The position numbers were made by a program, and so were the translations under genes. The notes below the pieces were generated by a model, which was given only the letters and a program-made list of their open reading frames with translations, made no database searches and was not told the origin of the DNA. DNA of 5,655 bases from a virus (taxonomy: Duplodnaviria; Heunggongvirae; Uroviricota; Caudoviricetes). Positions 1 to 5,655 of this stretch are shown piece after piece. The DNA is taken from the IMG/VR virus record IMGVR_UViG_2802429221_000003, positions 1 to 5,655 of that record. One strand, given 5' to 3'. How positions within the stretch are numbered: position 1 is the stretch's first letter; each line of letters begins with the position of its first letter.

Positions 1-117
1 ACCTATCACGTCAATAAGAATATCATCCTGCATCGACTCGTCATCATAATAGCCAATACTCTCCATAAAGGCCGAAAAGTCGGCCCTGTCGGCAAATTTG
101 AGTGTTAAATCTTTCAT
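1..117 (-). CDS. Hypothetical protein, N-terminal 39 codons only; translationally coupled to stf; not recognisable as lambda Tfa
   Basis: The ATG at 117..115 overlaps the stf stop by one base (TAATG). The frame is open to the window edge and translates as MKDLTLKFADRADFSAFMESIGYYDDESMQDDILIDVIG. It occupies the position where lambda has tfa, but the sequence does not match the Tfa N-terminus as I recall it ([20 protein letters not shown]...). Confidence 0.5.
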   Translation of the reverse strand, partial: MKDLTLKFADRADFSAFMESIGYYDDESMQDDILIDVIG

Positions 118-2330
118 TAGATTGACTCCCCCATCTGGGCATCAGTCAATGCCTTGTGCCAAATACGCAGATTTCGAACGTGTCCAAATAGGTGACGGTT
201 GCCGGATGATGATTGACCACCAATATTAATGAAACCTCCTGTATATTTGTGTTTTTTATAAGGAGAAACTGCCTTAGCACCAATATTACCGTTAACCACA
301 ACACACAACTCTCGACTTTCTGTGAATCTAAAGCCGATAATGCATTTTCTCTCTGGTCGTTCTACAACACTTTTATATTCTGTTTTAGTGCCTTTACCAT
401 TTGTAATGATTGCGCGTGCTCCCAACGATGTATATCCCAAATACATATAACTTTCATCTGCAATTTCAGTTGTATCTCCCGTAGTGGAAATATTAAGAAT
501 ACGTGCGCTACCTTCTTTGTTTGGCGATTCATCCCAATTGGTATTAACTTCTGCTAATGAACTAATAGCGGGATTGCACCAGTTTAGAGAAATGGGGACC
601 GTTACAATATCGCTGGCGCGTGTTACAGGGGATGCGCCTGTTATAATAAACGATGAAGCGCACGCCCCACCTTCAACTTGAGGGGTCGCAATATAAATAT
701 AATCATCCGCGCCAGTGCCCACTCCTTTTGCCGGGGTATACTGAACCATTCCACCTATCATATTTTCTGTATCAAGTGCCTTAATTGTCGCCTCAAAAAA
801 GATCCATTTGCTTGCTTCATCTTTAACAGCCCTAGCAGTAATGCGATTAGCGGCCACCCCCGTCTTATCAATAGATAAATCTGTCGTATTTAAGTAAGCG
901 TCACCTAAGAATGTGTAGGTAGAACCATCATAGTTTTCAAATCGTAATCGACATCTTAAATTTGGAGTGCCACTTTGCACTCTGCATGATACGGTTACAT
1001 ACTTTTCTCCGCCTGTTACGTCAAAACCTTTACTGCCAGAAACGGTTACTATGTTAATCGATGAAGTTTGCCCTACCATTTCTGGTTTTAATGTAAATTT
1101 TGCGTACTGGAATCCGAAATCATCTACACCTGATGCACTTAAGATCATATTTGACGACTTGTTCCATTTAGTCGGATTGGTTGAATTGATTAGCAGGTTA
1201 GTTCTCTGCCCTTCAATAAGCAGGCCGTTGCGTTCAAATCGTGCTTCATCGATTGCAGCCTCTGTCAGCATCCCCGCCTTATTAATATAGGTTGCTTTCG
1301 ACGCTCGTTTAAATTTAACAACCTTATCGCTAGGCATTGTTATTTCATCATCACCAATAACAATCTTTTTATATGATGGCGAAAAGCCCGCAATCATATC
1401 CAGTGAATCGTTAAACGGTATCCACACATCAGGCAGCGGCTGTAAGACATATTTATACGGCTCTGCTGCCTGGCTTGCATACTCTCTGGCTGCGTCTTCA
1501 CTTGCTTTAGCTGCCGTCTGGCTTGCTGCCGATGCTTTCGCTGAGTTCGCAGCCGCTGTTTCGCTCGCCTGTGCGTTGGTTTCACTGGTTTTTGCTGCTT
1601 TTTGGCTGTTGGCTGATGCAGTGGCAGAAGTAGCCGCCGCACTTGCAGAACCAGCTGCGGCACTCTCGCTTTCGGCTGCTGCATCCTGACTGCTTTTCGC
1701 CGCAGTTTCGCTGGCTTTGGCATTCGTTTCGCTGGTCTTCGCTGCCGTCTGGCTGGACTTTGCGTTGGTTTCGCTCGTCTTTGCTGCTGTCTCGCTGTTT
1801 TTCGCGTTGGTTTCTGATTTTTTGGCTGCTGTCGCGGAGTTTGCCGATGCAGTCTGTGAGGCCGCTGCCGCCTGGGCGCTGTTAGCTGCATTCGTTTCTG
1901 AGCTTTTCGCCGCGTTCTTCGATGATGCCGCAGCCGTTTCGGATTTCTTTGCCGCCGCTGCGCTCTGAGAGGCGGCTTCGGCGTTGCGTGCCGCTTCTTC
2001 CACCATTTCCTCAAAACGACGCAATGCCTCCGGCATGACATCATCTTCCGTCATGGCACCGAGAAAATCATTCAGCGTACCTGGTCTGGAGCCTTCATAG
2101 ACGGTAATGGTCCCGGCATGTGAAGGCGGAAAACCTTCAACCAGCAGGATGACGCTGTACTGGCCATACTCAACATCCATGCTGTAACGCCCGGCTTCAT
2201 CCGGATTTTCTGAGGCCAGCGTGTTCACCACCACCGTGGTGCTGTTACGTTTTGCTTTCAGCTGGATTGTGCAGTTCTGTACCGGTTTACCTGCACCGTC
2301 TTTCAGTACACCTGAAATCTTTACTGCCAT
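117..2330 (-). CDS. stf: Side tail fiber protein, mosaic: lambda Stf-like N-terminal domain, heptad-repeat shaft, non-lambda distal domain
   Basis: Long minus-strand ORF with TAA at 119..117. The first ~100 residues (MAVKISGVLKDGAGKPVQNCTIQLKAKRNSTTVVVNT...YSMDVEYGQYSVIL...GFPPSHAGTITVYE...) match the lambda Stf N-terminus. I place the start at the ATG 2330..2328 (MAVKIS, preceded by GGGGTG) rather than the GTG at 2336 used by the track. Residues ~120-292 are Ala/Ser/Thr-rich heptad repeats. The C-terminal ~445 residues sit in low-GC DNA and lack the His-rich GAHAH-type motifs of the lambda fiber tip. Confidence 0.85.
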   Translation of the reverse strand: MAVKISGVLKDGAGKPVQNCTIQLKAKRNSTTVVVNTLASENPDEAGRYSMDVEYGQYSVILLVEGFPPSHAGTITVYEGSRPGTLNDFLGAMTEDDVMPEALRRFEEMVEEAARNAEAASQSAAAAKKSETAAASSKNAAKSSETNAANSAQAAAASQTASANSATAAKKSETNAKNSETAAKTSETNAKSSQTAAKTSETNAKASETAAKSSQDAAAESESAAAGSASAAATSATASANSQKAAKTSETNAQASETAAANSAKASAASQTAAKASEDAAREYASQAAEPYKYVLQPLPDVWIPFNDSLDMIAGFSPSYKKIVIGDDEITMPSDKVVKFKRASKATYINKAGMLTEAAIDEARFERNGLLIEGQRTNLLINSTNPTKWNKSSNMILSASGVDDFGFQYAKFTLKPEMVGQTSSINIVTVSGSKGFDVTGGEKYVTVSCRVQSGTPNLRCRLRFENYDGSTYTFLGDAYLNTTDLSIDKTGVAANRITARAVKDEASKWIFFEATIKALDTENMIGGMVQYTPAKGVGTGADDYIYIATPQVEGGACASSFIITGASPVTRASDIVTVPISLNWCNPAISSLAEVNTNWDESPNKEGSARILNISTTGDTTEIADESYMYLGYTSLGARAIITNGKGTKTEYKSVVERPERKCIIGFRFTESRELCVVVNGNIGAKAVSPYKKHKYTGGFINIGGQSSSGNRHLFGHVRNLRIWHKALTDAQMGESI
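1461..1979 (-). repeat. In-frame tandem array of ~22 degenerate 21-bp units encoding heptad repeats (consensus roughly K-x-S-E-T-N/A-A) within stf
   Basis: Translation shows consecutive 7-residue units (KKSETAA, KSSETNA, KNSETAA, KTSETNA, KSSQTAA, KASETAA ...). The plus strand shows the corresponding periodic gct/gcc-rich 21-nt units (e.g. ...tttcgctggtcttcgctgccg...). Confidence 0.8.
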
Positions 2331-2341
2331 ATTCACCCCAC

Positions 2342-2368
2342 AAAAAAGCCCGCCTGAACCGGCGGGCT
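2342..2368 (-). terminator. Intrinsic-terminator-like hairpin plus T-run downstream of lom, immediately before the stf ribosome-binding site
   Basis: Minus strand reads AGCCCGCC-GGTTCA-GGCGGGCT followed by TTTTTTGTGGGG: an 8-bp perfect GC-rich stem, a 6-nt loop and a 6-T run. It lies 27 nt after the lom stop and ends ~11 nt before the stf ATG. Confidence 0.6.
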
Positions 2369-2394
2369 GTCATAACACTGTGTTACCTGGCTAA

Positions 2395-2994
2395 TCAGAA
2401 TTTATAACCGACACCCACGATGAAACCGTCAGTGCGCCAGTCACCACTGCCGGAACCTTCATAAGCAATATCAATGGCCAAGGATTCGGTCGGGTTAAAC
2501 TGCACGCCAGCCCCCCACGCCAGAGACGTGTTGCTGTGGCGACCGTCATCACTTCCGGTCAGCACATCGTGCGTTTTCTCCTTGTTGTCAGTTACGCGGA
2601 GGTAATCCCCGGAAAAAGTCGACACACGGCTGTAAGCCATACCCGCCATCGCATACGCGCTGAACCATTCATTCACGCGCACAGACGGCCCCGCCATCAC
2701 GCTGAACCAGCGGTTACGCACGGAATCTTCATGCCAGCGGGTATCGCTGTAACGGGTAAGCTGGCGATTCTTGTCTCCTGCATAGCTGAATGACGTCACC
2801 ATCCCCAGTGTGTCCGTAAACTCATAACGGTATTTCACGTTAATCCCGTTCAGATCATCGCTGCCGGGAACGTTGGTCCGGGCATGAAGATACCCCGCGC
2901 TCAGCGTGGACTGATGTTCAGACGCCCATGCAGGCACACCGGATACGGCCAGACAAATGGCTGCGGACAAAATGGCGGCATAAAGTTTACGCAT
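2395..2994 (-). CDS. lom: Lom outer membrane protein (Ail/Lom/OmpX/PagC family 8-stranded beta-barrel); lysogenic-conversion 'moron' gene
   Basis: ATG at 2994..2992 ([24 protein letters not shown], a signal peptide ending in AWA) with an SD 4 nt upstream. The ~199-aa product ends in ...GVGYKF, the terminal aromatic residue typical of OMP beta-barrels. It is near-identical to lambda Lom as I recall it. The track's ORF start at 3033 is a 13-codon upstream extension (MTPFFIAEKREVL) that runs through the terminator hairpin and is unlikely to be real. Confidence 0.9.
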
Positions 2995-2998
2995 AAGT

Positions 2999-3004
2999 AC
3001 CTCT
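2999..3004 (-). promoter_or_regulatory. Shine-Dalgarno sequence for lom
   Basis: Minus strand GAGAGG, 4 nt upstream of the lom ATG at 2994..2992. Confidence 0.5.
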
Positions 3005-3018
3005 CGCTTTTCTGCGAT

Positions 3019-3043
3019 AAAAAAAGGCGTCATTTCTGACGCC
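3019..3043 (-). terminator. Intrinsic-terminator-like hairpin plus T-run just downstream of J and upstream of the lom ribosome-binding site
   Basis: Minus strand reads GGCGTCA-GAAA-TGACGCC followed by TTTTTTT: a 7-bp GC-rich stem, a GNRA-type tetraloop and a 7-T run. It lies between the J stop (3062) and the lom start (2994). Confidence 0.55.
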
Positions 3044-3061
3044 CGTTCTGGGTTATAAAAT

Positions 3062-5655
3062 TCAGCTGATACTGATACCTGCTGTGGATTTCTTCATCAC
3101 CACAACCAGCAGATCACTGATACTGGTTGTTGGTGTCCAGTCATTCGCTCCTGATGAAGATACGGTGAATGTCAGTGTCAGCGTCCCCTGTCCGGCAGGC
3201 ATATCTATAACCGAGGAAAATACGCCCTGAGCATCCGTCGTGGACTGATTAAAAATCTCCTGACCATTGCGGGTCACTCTTAACCGGCAGGTTGAATACC
3301 AGTATGACTGTTGGTTATTACTGTTGAAATTCTCATGCTTACCACCACGGAACAACACTGGCGGTATCATGACCTGCCGATCAAATTTCTGATCATCACT
3401 GATTCTTACCGTGATGGTGCCGCTGGCATAAGTGCTCGTGCGGGGGAAAGACTTGCTGACCGTTTTGACAATATCGCCTTCAATCTGGTTGGCTGACAGT
3501 CTCCCCTTAATCTGACAGTTCTCATTTATCGTGACGTTGTTGAGCGTCCCGGAGTTCGCATTCACGTTACCGCTGATATCAGCATTTCTCGCCGTCAGCC
3601 GCCCGTCCGGTGTCAGGGAAAATGCCGGAGGATTACCGCCGCTGGTAATGGTGGGAGCCGTCAGATATTTCAGGAACACTTCGTTCATGAATATCTGATC
3701 GCCCTGACCAACAAACATCGGCTTTGTGTTGCCATTCGCAGGATTAATCATCGCAATCCTGTCTGCCGCCAGCAGCACCTGACTCTGCATTCCTGCTGGC
3801 GTATTCTCAATACCGGCACCGATGCCCGCGATATAAAGGCGTCCGTCCTGCACCTGCTGCATCTTCACAGCCCACATGCTGTTCAGGTTATTATTTGTAT
3901 CAACCTGAACCTTCTGTATCTGCTGGATTGCCGCACTCTGGTCTTCCAGTTTCTTATTGACAGTCTGCGTGATTTCATTGCTGACATCCGTAATGGACGT
4001 CCTGATTTCAGTCAGGTCAGGCGCAAGCTGACCGTTATCAATTTGCGTCCACAGCTCCTGAGCCAGATGGGTTTTCCCTATCTCTCCTTTGAAAAAATCC
4101 AGATAGCCGGAAGCATCATCACTCGGCTGACCAACAGCCTCCACGAATGCCGATTTGCCAACGGTGTTCACACTGCGAACGTAAAAATAATAATCATGGC
4201 CCGGCCTGATATTGATACTGGCAGCTATCCAGTACAGCGCCGTGCCAAGATAGCGGGCTGTGGTTTCAACCTGCCTGATATCCGCAATCCGTTTTTCCGA
4301 GAACCAGAACTCAAACTGTACCGTCGGGTCATAAACCGCAAGATGCGGCGTGGCGGTTATCTGAAAATAGCCCGGTGTCAGCTCAATCCGAGACGGCGCT
4401 GCCGGTGCGGCAATCCGGAACGATACCGATGCCGGATCGCCCTGCTGTCCCCACGCATTTACCGCCCGGACTGTCAGCCTGTAGTTCCCCAGCGCCAGCT
4501 GCCTGAAGCGGTATGTGGTTTCCGCCGTCCGGGCCGTGCTGACCAGCCGCTCACTGCCGTCATCCGCTGCCACGGTCAGGCGAAGCAGGAAACTCACGCC
4601 CTTCACCACCTTCGGCGTGTCCCAGCGGGCCAGTACCTGATACTCCCCGCTGTCTGCGGTGACTTCGGCAGTCAGGTGCTGCACCGCTGGCGGCGTGACA
4701 CCATTCACCGTGCCGCTCTGGTCGCCGTCAAAGTGCGCCCCGTTATCCACGATGGCTTTTTTTTCCGGTACATGCTGCACGGCAGTGATGGCATACGTGC
4801 CGTCATCGTTCTCACGGATACTCACACAGCGGAACAGGCGCTGGCGCAACGTCGGCAACTTCAGCCCCCACACGCTGTATTCTGCAACGCCGTCAGGAAC
4901 ACGGCTCACTTTTACCTTCACGCCGTCGGTGACGGACTGGACCTCCACGCTGACCGGATTGCCACTTCCGTCAACCAGGCTTATCAGCGTGGTACCGGAG
5001 GATGGCAGCGTGATTTCACGGTCGAGCGTCAGCGTCCGGGTCTGGCTGTTCACCGCCAGCACGCGCCCGCCGGTGCTGATCCCCGCATAGTCATCATCAC
5101 AGATTTCAATGACATCACCCGGTACATGGCGAAGCCCTTCTGCGCCCACGCTGAAGTCCACGGTCTGCGTTTCCAGCAGCTCCGTTTTAATCAGCCACAG
5201 CCCGGCGCGGTGTGCCTGTCCCCGGCTGGTACAGCCAAAGGCATCCATCTTCGTGACGTTACGACCGTAACGGGCAATGGCCTGCGTGTCCTCCACAAGC
5301 TCTGTTGCCGTTTCCCAGCCGTTATCCGGGTCAATCCAGTTCACCTCAACGGCATTATGGCGGTCCTTCAGGGCGCTGAAGCTGTAGCGGAACGGCGCGC
5401 CATCATCCGGCATCACCACATTACTGCGGTTATAGGTCCACACCTTATCCGACGGTCGGTCCTGCACGAACGTCAGCGTCAGCCCGTTCCATACCGGCAT
5501 ACAGCGCATCGCCGAGCAGAAATCGCTGAGCACATCCCACGCCTTACGCTGTGTGGTCAGCCAGGCATTACAGGTGATGCGCGGCTCCGTGCCACCAAAA
5601 CCGTCCGGCACCGACTGGTCGCAATTCTGGCCGATGACATACAGCGCCCATTTGT
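3062..5655 (-). CDS. J: Central tail fiber / host specificity protein J, C-terminal ~860 codons; 5' end lies beyond the window
   Basis: Open minus-strand frame from the window edge to a TGA at 3064..3062; it stays open upstream of the track's start (codon 5611..5609 is GTG, preceded in frame by ...[14 protein letters not shown]). The translation ([27 protein letters not shown]..., FN3-like segments, ...[20 protein letters not shown]...) matches lambda gpJ as I recall it. The last ~150 residues look diverged. Gene order J-lom-stf is that of lambda. Confidence 0.9.
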   Translation of the reverse strand, partial: KWALYVIGQNCDQSVPDGFGGTEPRITCNAWLTTQRKAWDVLSDFCSAMRCMPVWNGLTLTFVQDRPSDKVWTYNRSNVVMPDDGAPFRYSFSALKDRHNAVEVNWIDPDNGWETATELVEDTQAIARYGRNVTKMDAFGCTSRGQAHRAGLWLIKTELLETQTVDFSVGAEGLRHVPGDVIEICDDDYAGISTGGRVLAVNSQTRTLTLDREITLPSSGTTLISLVDGSGNPVSVEVQSVTDGVKVKVSRVPDGVAEYSVWGLKLPTLRQRLFRCVSIRENDDGTYAITAVQHVPEKKAIVDNGAHFDGDQSGTVNGVTPPAVQHLTAEVTADSGEYQVLARWDTPKVVKGVSFLLRLTVAADDGSERLVSTARTAETTYRFRQLALGNYRLTVRAVNAWGQQGDPASVSFRIAAPAAPSRIELTPGYFQITATPHLAVYDPTVQFEFWFSEKRIADIRQVETTARYLGTALYWIAASINIRPGHDYYFYVRSVNTVGKSAFVEAVGQPSDDASGYLDFFKGEIGKTHLAQELWTQIDNGQLAPDLTEIRTSITDVSNEITQTVNKKLEDQSAAIQQIQKVQVDTNNNLNSMWAVKMQQVQDGRLYIAGIGAGIENTPAGMQSQVLLAADRIAMINPANGNTKPMFVGQGDQIFMNEVFLKYLTAPTITSGGNPPAFSLTPDGRLTARNADISGNVNANSGTLNNVTINENCQIKGRLSANQIEGDIVKTVSKSFPRTSTYASGTITVRISDDQKFDRQVMIPPVLFRGGKHENFNSNNQQSYWYSTCRLRVTRNGQEIFNQSTTDAQGVFSSVIDMPAGQGTLTLTFTVSSSGANDWTPTTSISDLLVVVMKKSTAGISIS

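Noticed and set aside
213-1290. Four plus-strand ORFs (213..557, 484..681, 678..878, 967..1290) of 65-114 aa
   Set aside because: All lie antisense within the long stf ORF, whose N-terminus has clear homology support. Their translations are low-complexity, Cys/Phe/Ile-rich strings typical of spurious frames, with no convincing RBS context.
1461-1979. Possibility that the periodic repeats are a CRISPR array or non-coding satellite
   Set aside because: The units are 21 bp, contiguous without spacers, and maintain one reading frame continuous with flanking conserved protein sequence. They are coding heptad repeats.
1394-2044. Minus-strand 216-aa Arg/Gln-rich ORF, and plus-strand ORFs 1643..1885 and 1717..1968 (Ala/Phe/Leu-rich)
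   Set aside because: These are alternative-frame readings of the 21-bp repeat tract; periodic DNA keeps off-frames open. The stf frame is the one continuous with the conserved N-terminus.
2331-2336. GTG at 2336..2334 as the stf start (the track's MNM... N-terminus)
   Set aside because: The ATG two codons downstream (2330) gives MAVKISGV..., matching the lambda Stf N-terminus, and has the GGGGTG Shine-Dalgarno at appropriate spacing; the GTG would sit inside that SD.
2536-2793. Plus-strand 85-aa ORF antisense to lom
   Set aside because: It is entirely inside the well-supported lom CDS on the opposite strand, with no start context. Likely spurious.
2995-3033. The 13-codon N-terminal extension of lom in the ORF track (MTPFFIAEKREVL)
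   Set aside because: The extension runs through the terminator-like hairpin and T-run. The internal ATG at 2994 has a proper SD and begins a canonical signal peptide matching lambda Lom.
3311-5090. Plus-strand ORFs 3311..3496 (61 aa) and 4659..5090 (143 aa) antisense to J
   Set aside because: Both are embedded antisense in the conserved J coding sequence. GC-rich DNA commonly yields open antisense frames, and there is no supporting signal.
1-5655. Possibility of a defence or anti-defence system (restriction, toxin-antitoxin, Abi, retron) hidden in the window
   Set aside because: Every substantial ORF is accounted for by tail structural genes or lom. There are no nuclease, ATPase, methyltransferase or reverse-transcriptase motifs and no unexplained intergenic space beyond the two short terminator regions. 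Only the truncated ORF at 1..117 remains unassigned.

Overview
The window reads as the distal tail region of a lambda-like (lambdoid) phage or prophage, with every gene on the minus strand: the 3' part of the central tail fiber gene J (truncated at the window edge), the outer-membrane 'moron' gene lom, a side tail fiber gene (stf-like), and the first 39 codons of a downstream gene that does not look like lambda tfa. Both lom boundaries carry an intrinsic-terminator-like hairpin plus T-run. The side tail fiber is mosaic: a lambda-Stf-like N-terminus, a shaft of about 22 heptad repeats, and a low-GC distal domain unlike the lambda fiber tip. The C-terminal ~150 residues of J also diverge from lambda J as I recall it. 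I see no defence system, CRISPR array, RNA gene or transposase; the interesting biology here is host-range determinant diversification, and the only candidates for something undescribed are the fiber distal domain and its unidentified downstream partner. All homology statements rest on recognising the translated proteins from memory, not on a database search.
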